From Candidatus Eiseniibacteriota bacterium (GTDB lineage Bacteria; Eisenbacteria; RBG-16-71-46; CAVPCR01), in NCBI GenBank assembly GCA_963823555.1, contig CAWGMA010000003.1:192001-256000 (forward strand): 64,000 bases of DNA, given 5' to 3'. Below the pieces are notes generated by a model. The model searched no databases, was not told the origin of the DNA, and was given only the letters and a program-made list of their open reading frames with translations. Positions 1-9,577 of the stretch are shown one piece after another (the stretch's first letter is position 1; the number at the start of each line of letters is the position of its first letter). Both the position numbers and the translations under genes were made by a program.

Positions 1-852
1 CTGGGGGCATGGCGGGAGGCCATGCCGCCGGTTTCGCTGGATGCCTCACCGCTGTCTCCCGACGGCCGTCGCGTGCTCGACTTCCTGATCCACGACGGTG
101 CGTCGTTCTTTCCCGAGATCGGACGCGGAACGGGGCTTCTGCGCACGCAGGTCGAGGCGGCGCTCGCCGAGCTGGTGGCGCATGGGCTCGCCACGGCCGA
201 CAGCTTCACGGGACTCCGGGCGCTGCTCACGCCGTCGGCCGCGCGCCCGCCGCTTGGCGGGCGGCGCCGGCGCCGCCGCGGCGCTGTGTTCGGCATGGAG
301 ACGGCGGGGCGCTGGACCCGCGTCACTCCCGGGGAGGGGCTGACCGGCGATCACACGGTCCGCGATGGGCCGGCGGCCGAGACGATCGCGCGCGCGTTGC
401 TCCTGCGCTATGGCGTCGTCTTCCGGCGGCTGGCGGTCCGCGAGGGCACGCTCCCGCCATGGCGCGATCTCTTGCGCGTCTATCGCCGGCTCGAGGCGCG
501 GGGCGAGATCCGAGGTGGCCGTTTCGTGGCCGGGTTCGCCGGGGAGCAGTACGCGCTGCCCGAGGCCGTGAGCTACGTGCGCGCGACCCGGCGCGAGACG
601 GGGAGCGGCGAGCTCATCGCGGTGAGCGCGGCCGATCCGCTCAATCTGCTCGGGATCATCACGCCCGGGGAACGACTCCCCGCGCTCACGGGGAACCGGA
701 TCCTCTTTCGTGATGGGGTGCCGATCGCGGTCCGCGAGGCGCGGGCCGTGCGTTTCCTCGTCGATCTCACCACGACGGAGCAGACCGAAGCCGAGCGTGT
801 CCTCCTGCGCCGGCGGGTCGCGCTGCAATGGCGCGCCTACATGGGGCGGTGA
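1..852 (+). CDS. lhr: Lhr-family ATP-dependent helicase, C-terminal part (5' truncated by the window edge)
   Basis: Frame is open from base 1. Lhr C-terminal motifs LLxRYGVVFRRL, LEARGEIRGGRFVAGFAGEQYALPEA and AADPLNLLGIITPG are present. Confidence 0.85.
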   Translation: MGAWREAMPPVSLDASPLSPDGRRVLDFLIHDGASFFPEIGRGTGLLRTQVEAALAELVAHGLATADSFTGLRALLTPSAARPPLGGRRRRRRGAVFGMETAGRWTRVTPGEGLTGDHTVRDGPAAETIARALLLRYGVVFRRLAVREGTLPPWRDLLRVYRRLEARGEIRGGRFVAGFAGEQYALPEAVSYVRATRRETGSGELIAVSAADPLNLLGIITPGERLPALTGNRILFRDGVPIAVREARAVRFLVDLTTTEQTEAERVLLRRRVALQWRAYMGR

Positions 853-873
853 GTCTGACGAGCGGGGATCCGG

Positions 874-1470
874 TCAGGGCGCGGAGTCCACGGCGGGGAT
901 CAGGCGCAGGGCACGCTCCCTGATCAGGTCCTCGTCGCGACACCCGCGAAAGACAGCGAGCACTCCATCCAGGTCGCCCTCGACGCCGCCGCGGCCCTTG
1001 AATTCAAGAGCGTGCGCGGGGACGTAGCTGTGCACGCCGCCCGCACCCGGTTCCACGGTCTCCTTGAAGGCGGTATCTCCGGTGAGGGTGACCCCCTCCG
1101 GCAGCTGGCTCAAGAAGAGACGGATCTTGGCCGCATGGGCCGGGGAGTAGACGGCGAGCGAGAAATCGAAGCGAGCTCCGGCAATCCCGCGTTCGCTCCG
1201 CAGATGCACCTGGCGTTGCTCGGCGATCGGATCCGCGATCGCTTGTCGGACCTCGGGGAGCGCCTCGGCGGGGACCAGGAAGTGCATGACCGCGTTGTCC
1301 GGATGCAACAGGTCGCGCAAGCGCTCGATCAGGCTGTCACCGGCGAAGCCCTCGGCCTCGGCATCGAGCACCGGCGCATGGATACCGCTGCCGCGCAGGA
1401 AGCCCTGGATGAAGCCGAAGGTCCAGGGCCGGGGCCCCTCGATCACGAGCTCGTGGTATGGACTCGGCAT
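874..1470 (-). CDS. Hypothetical protein (~198 aa), probably co-transcribed with the antiporter
   Basis: Protein-like composition, GGAGG RBS upstream of ATG 1470, and 22 nt downstream of the antiporter stop. Confidence 0.7.
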   Translation of the reverse strand: MPSPYHELVIEGPRPWTFGFIQGFLRGSGIHAPVLDAEAEGFAGDSLIERLRDLLHPDNAVMHFLVPAEALPEVRQAIADPIAEQRQVHLRSERGIAGARFDFSLAVYSPAHAAKIRLFLSQLPEGVTLTGDTAFKETVEPGAGGVHSYVPAHALEFKGRGGVEGDLDGVLAVFRGCRDEDLIRERALRLIPAVDSAP

Positions 1471-1492
1471 CGACACACCTCCGCGCCCGGTT

Positions 1493-3016
1493 CTAGAAGA
1501 AGATCCAGGCTGTGACCAAGAATACCGGAATCAGGACCGGTACGGCCCAGCGCAAGAGATAGCCGAAGAAGGACGGCATGGCCACGCCGGCCTCGTCAGC
1601 GATCGACTTGACCATGAAGTTGGGAGCGTTTCCGATGTAGGTGTTGGCTCCCATGAACACGGCTCCGGCCGAGATCGCCGCCAGGTAGCGCACGTGTTCC
1701 ACCGTCAGGCGATGCACGGCGGTGAGTTCCGGGACTCCCGCGTAGAAGCGTCCGAGCTCTGCATTGAAGAAGGTGAGGTACGTCGGGGCATTGTCGAGGA
1801 ACGAGGACAGAGCCCCCGTGATCCAGAAGAAATCGGCCGGTTGGTTGAGACTGCTGATGACGAAGGCCAGGGGGCCCCGCTCGCCGGCCTTGAGAATGGC
1901 CAGCGCGGGGATGATGGTCATGAAGATCCCGGCGAAGAGAATGGCGACCTCGCGAATCGGCGCCCAGGTGAAGCCGTTCGCCTGCCGCAGCACCCTCCGG
2001 GTCGTCGCCAGGGAGAGCAATCCCATGACCACGATGAGCGCGTCGCGCGACAGGTTCTGGGCCTTGAGATGCAAGCTGCCCAGAGCCAGGGTCGGACCGT
2101 GCCAGAGCCCGGATAGCAGCACCGCTCCGACGATGCCGGCGAGGAAGAGGAAGTTGTGGGCGCCGTCGAGTCGGAGCCGTTCGCGGGGCGTGTCCTCGAC
2201 TTGTTCCGGGGCCGGCGGCACACCGGCGGCGAGGGCGGCGGCCGATTCCGCGGCCTGGGCGGCCCGGGCCGCGGCAGCGTCGCGAGCCTCGCGCCGGTAG
2301 TAGTGCCGGTCGATGACATAGAACAGGGCGAGAACCGTGCCCGCGACGAAGGCGGTGATGGGCAGGAGACGCAGAGTCCAGAAGAACGGCACGCCGCGCA
2401 GGAAGCCAAGGAAGAGCGGGGGATCACCGAGCGGCGTCAGGGAGCCGCCGATGTTGGATACGAGGAAGATGAAGAAGACGACGACATGCACCTTGTGCTT
2501 GCGGCGAGCATTGGCCCTCAGTGTGGGGCGAATGAGGAGCATGGAAGCACCGGTTGTTCCCATCCAGGAGGCGAGCAATGTTCCGGTCAGGATGAGCGCC
2601 GTGTTGACAGGTGGCGTGCCGGCGAACGTTCCGCGCAGGACGACGCCACCGGCGACCGTGAACAGACCCCACAGGAGAATGATGAAGGGGAGATAGTCGA
2701 GCAGATAGGTGTGGAGGATCTCGGTCCATGCGGCACCGCGGTAGGCGGCGAGGAAGGGGATGGCGAACGAGAGCGCGATGGCCAGCGTGAGCTTGGGATA
2801 GTGGTGGTGCCAGAACCGCGGGGCCAGGAGCGGCCCGAGGGCGATGGCGAGCAAGGTGGCGACGAAGGGGAGCGCCGACCACATGGGCAAGACCTCGCCC
2901 AGCTCCGCCGCCTCGCCTCCCGGAGCAGTGGTTGCCGCCAGGAGGGTCGCCGCCTGAAAGATGGCAAGGAGGCTCGCGGTGAGGGCGAGGGCCAGCCGCC
3001 GCCATGGTCTAAACAT
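1493..3016 (-). CDS. Putative sodium:proton antiporter / citrate-transporter-like (IT superfamily) membrane protein
   Basis: Many TM segments. Motifs GTTGASMLLIRP, SNIGGSLTPLGDPPLFLG, SSFLDNAPTY and GANTYIGNAPNFMVK. Confidence 0.85.
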   Translation of the reverse strand: MFRPWRRLALALTASLLAIFQAATLLAATTAPGGEAAELGEVLPMWSALPFVATLLAIALGPLLAPRFWHHHYPKLTLAIALSFAIPFLAAYRGAAWTEILHTYLLDYLPFIILLWGLFTVAGGVVLRGTFAGTPPVNTALILTGTLLASWMGTTGASMLLIRPTLRANARRKHKVHVVVFFIFLVSNIGGSLTPLGDPPLFLGFLRGVPFFWTLRLLPITAFVAGTVLALFYVIDRHYYRREARDAAAARAAQAAESAAALAAGVPPAPEQVEDTPRERLRLDGAHNFLFLAGIVGAVLLSGLWHGPTLALGSLHLKAQNLSRDALIVVMGLLSLATTRRVLRQANGFTWAPIREVAILFAGIFMTIIPALAILKAGERGPLAFVISSLNQPADFFWITGALSSFLDNAPTYLTFFNAELGRFYAGVPELTAVHRLTVEHVRYLAAISAGAVFMGANTYIGNAPNFMVKSIADEAGVAMPSFFGYLLRWAVPVLIPVFLVTAWIFF

Positions 3017-3031
3017 CTATTACATAATCAC

Positions 3032-3061
3032 TTAGCAAATCTCATATAGTCATGGTAGAAT
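3032..3061 (+). promoter_or_regulatory. Putative sigma70 promoter for the M28 peptidase gene
   Basis: TTAGCA-N18-TAGAAT with an extended TG motif (TGGTAGAAT), in an AT-rich divergent intergenic region. Confidence 0.5.
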
Positions 3062-3108
3062 GAAGGGCTGTGCTGGTGCCGCATCCGTTCACTCCTGGGG
3101 GATCGACC

Positions 3109-5619
3109 ATGAGATATCTCATCTTCGCCTTGCTTGCGTCCACGCTTACCTTCGGCGCCGCACATCCAGCCCTCTCGGCTCAGCCCGGGCAGGCGCTCAT
3201 CTTGGTCGAGAACCCCGGCCCGCAAACGGCGGCGGCGCTCCTGGCGGAAGACCTCATGGTGGTTCGTGACCTGGGCAGCATCCTTCTCGTCGTGGCCTCT
3301 CCCGAACGCCTCGCCGCGCTGGATGCCGCGGATCTCGAGTGGCGGATCCTCGACACGAGCCTGGAGGGCAAGACGTACTACACGGCCGGAGTTCCGGCCG
3401 GCGCCGATCTCGCCGCCATCGCGCCCGGGACGCGCGTCTTGTGGTCGGCGGGCACGGATGCTGTCATGGTCGCCACATCCGAGCAAGTGGATCAGATCTC
3501 GGGCGCTTCCATCGAGGTCGCCCGGGTCTTCATGCGCCCGATCCGCGTCCCGGCCGCGGCCCGCCCCCTGCCGCCGGCAATGGCGCTCGATCCCGATCCG
3601 GCGATCCAGCAGATGGTGGACCAGGTCTCGATCGCAGGCGTCACGGCCATGGTCCAGCGCATGCAGAACTTCGTCACTCGCCACTCGGCGACGGACAGCG
3701 CCGATGCGGCGGCACGCTGGGTCCATGACCAGTTCGTGTCCTTCGGCATCGACAGCGTCTACTACCAGCACTGGAGCAGCACCTACAGCGACAACGTCGT
3801 CGCCTCCATCCCCGGGACGCGCTTCCCCGAGCGGGTCGTCGTCATCGGCGGCCACTACGATTCGACAACCGGATCCTCTACGGCCCCAGCTCCGGGAGCC
3901 GATGATGATGCCTCCGGCACCGCCTGCGTTCTCGAGTGCGCGCGCATCCTGAGCCAGTACCCGCACGACTACACGATCACCTTCGTCGCCTTCGCGGGCG
4001 AGGAGCAGGGCCTTCTCGGCAGCGAGGCCTACGCCAGCCAGGCGCGGACCAACGGCGACGACATCCTGGGCATGGTCCAGGTGGACATGATCGGGTACCT
4101 GCAGGCGGGCGATCTCCTCGATCTCGACATCATCTCCAACTCGGGCTCGGCCTGGATCCGCGACCTCGTAGTCGAGGTCGGCGGCTTCTACGTCCCGGGC
4201 TTCTCGATCGTGCCCGGTTCGCTGCCAGGCGGGGCCAGCAGCGACCACGCCTCCTTCTGGGCCGCCGGTTACGACGCCGTCCTCTTCTTCGAGGACAGCG
4301 GGGCCTACAGCCCCTACATCCACACCACGAACGATGTGATCGGTGTCAGCTACAACTCGGAGGCGCTGGCGGAGCGATCGGTCAAGACCGCGGTCGGCCT
4401 CCTGGCGACGATGGCGAAGGCGCCGGCCGTGGTCATGACCCACACGCCGCTCGGGAACACGACCGATATCCTGAACCCGTATCGCGTGGTGGCCGAGGTC
4501 AGCGCCCTCGAGGCTCTCAACCCCGATTCGACCTTCGTCCGCTACTCGACTCAGGCCGGCACCTTCGATGTGCCGCTCACCGTGACCGCGAATCCGAACG
4601 AGTACGAGGGCTTCATCCCGGCCCAGCAGGGCGGCACCTTCGTCGATTACTACGTCTCGGTCCAGGGCGTGAGCGGCTACCGGGTGACGAGCCCGGCCGA
4701 TGCACCGCTCACCTGGCATCGCTTCTTCGTCGGACAGATCACGACGGCGTTCAACGACGAGTTCGAGGCCGATAGCGGCTGGACCGTCGGGGACACCGGC
4801 GACAACGCGACCGCAGGCATCTGGGTGCGCGCCGATCCGGTCGGTTCTTACAGCGGCACCTCCCCGGTGCAGCCGGAGGACGATCACACGCCGGCCCCGG
4901 GGGTCGCCTGCTGGGTGACGGGGAACGCGGCACCAGGGCAGAGCCAGGGTACGAACGACGTCGACAACGGCAAGACCACGGTCAAGAGCCCGATCTACGA
5001 TCTCTCCGGGCTCCAGAACGCCGGGGTCCGCTACTACCGCTGGTTCACGAACGACACCGGATCGGGGCCGGAGACGGACGAGTGGGCGGTGGATGCCTCC
5101 TCGGACGGCGGTGCGACCTGGGTGCGGATCGAGACCGCGCTCACCAGCGATCGCAGCTGGCGGCTGGTCGAGCGCTGGCTCGCGGACTACATCCAGCTCA
5201 CCTCGCAGGTGCGCTTCCGCTTCATCGCGCGCGACGACTCGCCCGGCTCGATCGTCGAGGCGGCGGTCGACGATTTCGCGATCGTCGTCTACGAGCAGCC
5301 GTCGTCGGCGGTGTCCTCGCCGGAGCCGGTGGCGCCGCGCCAGGTGGTGCTCGAGCCGGTGAAGCCGAATCCCTTCAACCCCTGGACCGAGATCCGCTTC
5401 ACGGTACCCGAACCGGGAGGCAAGGTGCGGCTCGCCATCTTCGACGTCACGGGGCGGGAGGTGCGCGTCCTCGCCGATGGCGAGCTCCTGGCCGGCACGA
5501 CGGCTCTGACCTGGGACGGCCGGGACGGCGCGGGAGCGGCGATGCCCTCCGCGGTCTACTTCTGCCGGCTCGAGGCGGCGGGCGAGTCGCGTGTGCAGAA
5601 GCTCGTGCTCGTGCGGTAG
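3109..5619 (+). CDS. Secreted M28-family zinc aminopeptidase with accessory beta domains and FlgD-Ig/T9SS-like C-terminal domain
   Basis: Signal peptide from ATG 3109. M28 motifs GGHYDS, GADDDASG, GEEQGLLGS, SDHASF and IHT. C-terminal PNPFNP...WDGRD...VYFCRL. Confidence 0.9.
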   Translation: MRYLIFALLASTLTFGAAHPALSAQPGQALILVENPGPQTAAALLAEDLMVVRDLGSILLVVASPERLAALDAADLEWRILDTSLEGKTYYTAGVPAGADLAAIAPGTRVLWSAGTDAVMVATSEQVDQISGASIEVARVFMRPIRVPAAARPLPPAMALDPDPAIQQMVDQVSIAGVTAMVQRMQNFVTRHSATDSADAAARWVHDQFVSFGIDSVYYQHWSSTYSDNVVASIPGTRFPERVVVIGGHYDSTTGSSTAPAPGADDDASGTACVLECARILSQYPHDYTITFVAFAGEEQGLLGSEAYASQARTNGDDILGMVQVDMIGYLQAGDLLDLDIISNSGSAWIRDLVVEVGGFYVPGFSIVPGSLPGGASSDHASFWAAGYDAVLFFEDSGAYSPYIHTTNDVIGVSYNSEALAERSVKTAVGLLATMAKAPAVVMTHTPLGNTTDILNPYRVVAEVSALEALNPDSTFVRYSTQAGTFDVPLTVTANPNEYEGFIPAQQGGTFVDYYVSVQGVSGYRVTSPADAPLTWHRFFVGQITTAFNDEFEADSGWTVGDTGDNATAGIWVRADPVGSYSGTSPVQPEDDHTPAPGVACWVTGNAAPGQSQGTNDVDNGKTTVKSPIYDLSGLQNAGVRYYRWFTNDTGSGPETDEWAVDASSDGGATWVRIETALTSDRSWRLVERWLADYIQLTSQVRFRFIARDDSPGSIVEAAVDDFAIVVYEQPSSAVSSPEPVAPRQVVLEPVKPNPFNPWTEIRFTVPEPGGKVRLAIFDVTGREVRVLADGELLAGTTALTWDGRDGAGAAMPSAVYFCRLEAAGESRVQKLVLVR

Positions 5620-5648
5620 TTCGAGGTCGCCAGGCGACTGATCAGCGG

Positions 5649-5683
5649 GCGGGAGGCGTTCCCATCGCCTCCCGCTCTTCTTT
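5649..5683 (+). terminator. Rho-independent terminator
   Basis: 10-bp stem GCGGGAGGCG/CGCCTCCCGC followed by TCTTCTTT, just after the peptidase stop. Confidence 0.7.
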
Positions 5684-5728
5684 CCACTGTCGGGCGCCCC
5701 GGGGCCGGCCGAGTGCTATGCTCCCGGC

Positions 5729-8467
5729 ATGAAGAGCACGCTCCGATCCGGATCCACGGTTTCTCACTACCGCCTCCTCTCCCTGGTCGGCGCCGGCGGC
5801 ATGGGCGAGGTCTACAAGGCCGAGGACACGACCCTCGGGCGCACGATCGCCTTGAAGATCCTGCCTCCCGAGCTCGTCCAGAACAGCGAGCGGCTGCACC
5901 GGTTCGTGCAGGAGGCCAGGTCGGCGTCGTCGCTCAGCCATCCCAACATCGTCACCGTGCACGAGATCGGCGAGGCCCGGGTGCGTCCGAACGGGGAGCC
6001 GGATGAGGGGGAGCGGGAGGAATCCTCGGTCCACTACATCGCGATGGAGTTCGTCGAGGGGGACACGCTGCGGGCGAAGATCCACGACGAGAAGACCGAG
6101 CTCCGCGTTCTCCTCGTCTATCTCGCCCAGGCCGCCGAGGGCCTGGCCAAGGCGCATGCTGCGGGCATCGTCCATCGCGACCTCAAGCCCGACAACATCA
6201 TGATCACCCGCGACGGCTATGCCAAGGTCCTCGATTTCGGGCTCGCCAAGCTGACCGAGTCCCAGCCTTCCTCGTCCACCGGGCAGACCACCGATGCCAC
6301 GACCGCGGCCGGATCGCCGACCCGCGCCGGCGCTGTCCTCGGCACGGTCGGCTACATGTCCCCCGAACAGGTGCAGGGGAAGAGCGTCGACGCGCGTTCC
6401 GACATCTTCTCCTTCGGCTGCATCCTCTACGAAGCCGCGGCCGGCCAGCGTCCCTTCCAGGGCGATACCGACATCGAGGTCATGCACAAGATCCTCCGCG
6501 AGAAGCCCGTGCCCGTGGATCAGCTGAATCCGGACGTGCCGGGGGAGCTCCGCCGCCTCATCCGCCGTTGCCTGGCCAAGGATCCCGAGCAGCGATACCA
6601 GTCGATGAAGGATCTGGCGATCGAGCTCAACGACCTCGCCCAGGAGTACGACCAGCTCTCGCCGGGCTCATCCTCCGGGAGCTCGGTGGGTGAGCTGGCG
6701 CCGGTGCGCGGCCGCGGCCCGCGGTCGTGGGTTCGCATGGGCGCTCTGGCCCTTATGCTCGTGGCCGCGGTCCTCGGCGGGGCCTATCTCCTCGGGCGGC
6801 GCGCGGGCGCTCCGGGTGAGCCCGTGCCGTTCGAGTCGATGCGCATCACGAGCCTCACCGGGAGCGGCAAGGTGCGTGATGCCGCCATCTCCCCCGATGG
6901 CAAGGTGGTCGTGCAGGCGGTCGAGGAGGCGGGCAAACAGAGTCTCCGGGTGCGCCAGGTGGCGACCGGGAGCGATGTCGAGATCGTGGCGGCGGGTACT
7001 CCATTCGGCGGCATCGCCCTCACCCCGGACGGCAACTACGTCTACTACACCCGCAGCGAGCGCGATGTACGCCTGTACTCGTTGCTCTATCAGGTGCCGG
7101 TCCTGGGGGGCACGCCGCGAAAGCTCATCTTCGATGTCGATACGCCGGTGACGTTCTCGCCTGATGGCAGCCAGATCGCCTTCGCGCGCGGCTATCCCGA
7201 CGAGAACTCGAGCGCCATCCTCGTGGCCGCCGCGGACGGGACCGGAGAGCGGAAGATCGCCGAGCGCAAGGATCCTGAGCCCTACGACCTGAGCGTGCTG
7301 GCCTGGTCACCGGATGGCAAGACCATCGCCGCGGTCGCCACGAGCATCGAGGGAGGAGAGCATTCAATCGTGGTCGTGGTCGATGTCGCGTCCGGCGATG
7401 ATCGTCCCCTCGGTGGCGAGCATTGGGCCAACGTGGGTGGACTGGCCTGGCTCCCGGACGGCACGGGCCTCATCGTCGTTGCGAGCACCGAGGAGTCGGT
7501 CAACAATCGCCAGATCTGGCATATCGGGTATCCCGGGGGCGAGCCGAGGAGGATCACCAACGACCTCAACAACTACCACCGGGCGAGCCTGACCGCGGAT
7601 GCGCGAACCCTCGTCACGGTGCAGACGAGCTTCAGCTCGAACCTGTGGCTGGCCCCGGCGGAGGATGCGGGACGAGCCCGGAGCCTGGCCCTCGAGCGCA
7701 GCGAGTTCGTCGAGCAGGTGCGCTGGGGTCGATCCGGCAAGATCACCTTCCTGGCCAACCGGAACAGCTCGATCGACCTCTGGATGTGCGATCCCGAGAG
7801 CGGCGAGCAGAAGCGCCTGACCACCGAATCCCGGCAGTTCTTCAATCCCCTGCCCGCCGCCGACGGCAGCTTCATCCTCTGCACCTCCTTCCGCGACGGC
7901 GGCGTGCCGCATGTCTACCGGCTCGACCCCGACGGCGGGAACCCGACCGCGATCACCAGGGGTGAGGGCGAGATCTGCTTCGATCTCTCTCCCGACGACC
8001 AGTGGATGCTCTATGTGAATCGCGGAACGGAGAGGACCGTGTGGAAGGCGAGGCTGAACGGCGACGAACCGACCGAGATCCTCACCGAACCGCGGGGCAT
8101 GGCCCGGTTCTCCCCCGACGGGAAGATGATCCTCCACGGATACCTGCGCCCGGAGGGCGATCGCTACGTGACGGCCGCGGGCATCATCCCGGCTCTGGGC
8201 GGCGATCTTCTCCACAGCTACGACGCGCCCGAGGGTGTGGGGGATACGCGCTGGGCGTCCACATCCGATGCGATCGCCTACGTGCAGACCCAGGATGGGG
8301 TCTCGAACATCTGGCGGCAGCCGCTCGGGGGTGGGCCGCCCGAGCAGGTCACGAACTTCGAGAGCGGTCGCATCTTCTCCTTCGACTGGTCCCCCGACGG
8401 GAAGCAGATCGCCTACTCCCGAGGCGAGGCGATCGGCGATGCGGTGCTCCTGAGCGACCTGCGCTAG
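5729..8467 (+). CDS. Hanks-type Ser/Thr protein kinase with TM helix and extracytoplasmic PD40/TolB-like beta-propeller
   Basis: GAGGMGEVY, IALK, HRDLKPDN, DFG and GTVGYMSPEQ. Hydrophobic helix near aa 335-355. Repeated SPDG motifs. Confidence 0.92.
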   Translation: MKSTLRSGSTVSHYRLLSLVGAGGMGEVYKAEDTTLGRTIALKILPPELVQNSERLHRFVQEARSASSLSHPNIVTVHEIGEARVRPNGEPDEGEREESSVHYIAMEFVEGDTLRAKIHDEKTELRVLLVYLAQAAEGLAKAHAAGIVHRDLKPDNIMITRDGYAKVLDFGLAKLTESQPSSSTGQTTDATTAAGSPTRAGAVLGTVGYMSPEQVQGKSVDARSDIFSFGCILYEAAAGQRPFQGDTDIEVMHKILREKPVPVDQLNPDVPGELRRLIRRCLAKDPEQRYQSMKDLAIELNDLAQEYDQLSPGSSSGSSVGELAPVRGRGPRSWVRMGALALMLVAAVLGGAYLLGRRAGAPGEPVPFESMRITSLTGSGKVRDAAISPDGKVVVQAVEEAGKQSLRVRQVATGSDVEIVAAGTPFGGIALTPDGNYVYYTRSERDVRLYSLLYQVPVLGGTPRKLIFDVDTPVTFSPDGSQIAFARGYPDENSSAILVAAADGTGERKIAERKDPEPYDLSVLAWSPDGKTIAAVATSIEGGEHSIVVVVDVASGDDRPLGGEHWANVGGLAWLPDGTGLIVVASTEESVNNRQIWHIGYPGGEPRRITNDLNNYHRASLTADARTLVTVQTSFSSNLWLAPAEDAGRARSLALERSEFVEQVRWGRSGKITFLANRNSSIDLWMCDPESGEQKRLTTESRQFFNPLPAADGSFILCTSFRDGGVPHVYRLDPDGGNPTAITRGEGEICFDLSPDDQWMLYVNRGTERTVWKARLNGDEPTEILTEPRGMARFSPDGKMILHGYLRPEGDRYVTAAGIIPALGGDLLHSYDAPEGVGDTRWASTSDAIAYVQTQDGVSNIWRQPLGGGPPEQVTNFESGRIFSFDWSPDGKQIAYSRGEAIGDAVLLSDLR

Positions 8468-9558
8468 TCCCGGTCCGATACGTCGACGGACACCCAGCCT
8501 TCCGTCGCCGCCGAGCGGCGGACCGAGTCGAGGACTTCCTGGTTCCGGTGTCCGTCGGTGAATGCTGCAGCGCCGGGAACCGCGGTCCCTCCGGCGCGGA
8601 TCGCGGCCACGATCTCGCGTGCATAGCGGAGGAAGGAGCGCGCCCAATCGCTCGAGGGGATGCCCAGGGCGGCCGAATCGGGGAGATCATCGATGACATC
8701 CATGGGTTGCCAGCCCTTGCCCCCAACGCTCAGGAGCAATGGCCCCTGTTCCGCCCAGCACGCGGCGCCGCGGGAACCGGCGAGCGAGAACTCGTGCCGC
8801 CGACTGCCCTCGACGACCGAGATCGTGATCGTCGCCGCCGTGCCCGAGCGGAACCGGATCCACGCGGCGGCGTAGTCATCCGCGGTCACCGGCCGCGGCT
8901 TCCCGCGCGCGGGATCGGGCCGCTCCTTGACGAACGTCTCGAGGCGGCCCCGCACCGATTCGACCTCGCCGAGATAGACTCGCAGCGTGTCCACTGCGTG
9001 CGAGCCGATCGCTCCCCAGGCCCCGCCCCCGGCCGCTGCGTCGCTCCACCAGGACCAGGGCCTTCCGGGATCCTGGCGGCCGCTCGAGAGGAGCGTGTAG
9101 CTGGCGTGATAGATGGTGCCGAGCGCGCCCTCGGCGACGAGTTCCTCGAGGGCCCGGCGCCGCGGATCGAAGCGTAGCTCGTGGTCGAGGAGCGCGAGCC
9201 GTCCGGGCGCGCTCTCCGCCGCCCCGAGCATCGCGGCGCTCTCCTCCCGGCTCATCGCGGTCGGCTTCTCGCATACCACATGGCAGCCCGCGGCCAGCGC
9301 ATCGCGTGTCTGCTCGAGATGGCGGTGAGGGGGAGTGACGATGAAGACGAGATCGGGGCGCGCCCGGTCCAGGATCTCCCGGTGGTCGGCGGCGGCCGCC
9401 TCGATGCCGAACTCACGGGCGGTCTGCCGCGTGCGATCGATGGTCGGGCTCGCGATGCCGGCAAGGGTGACGCCCTCGACGTGGCGGAGGCAGGGCAGGA
9501 TGGTCGTCCGCGCGAAGCCATTGCCGAAGATCGCTATGCGGACGGGATCGGGAGTCAT
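8464..9558 (-). CDS. Gfo/Idh/MocA family oxidoreductase
   Basis: N-terminal Rossmann GxGF motif, TPPHRH, CEKP, and GGGAWGAIGSHAVD. Confidence 0.9.
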   Translation of the reverse strand: MTPDPVRIAIFGNGFARTTILPCLRHVEGVTLAGIASPTIDRTRQTAREFGIEAAAADHREILDRARPDLVFIVTPPHRHLEQTRDALAAGCHVVCEKPTAMSREESAAMLGAAESAPGRLALLDHELRFDPRRRALEELVAEGALGTIYHASYTLLSSGRQDPGRPWSWWSDAAAGGGAWGAIGSHAVDTLRVYLGEVESVRGRLETFVKERPDPARGKPRPVTADDYAAAWIRFRSGTAATITISVVEGSRRHEFSLAGSRGAACWAEQGPLLLSVGGKGWQPMDVIDDLPDSAALGIPSSDWARSFLRYAREIVAAIRAGGTAVPGAAAFTDGHRNQEVLDSVRRSAATEGWVSVDVSDRD

Positions 9559-9577
9559 GGCTTCTCCTCGTGGGTCT

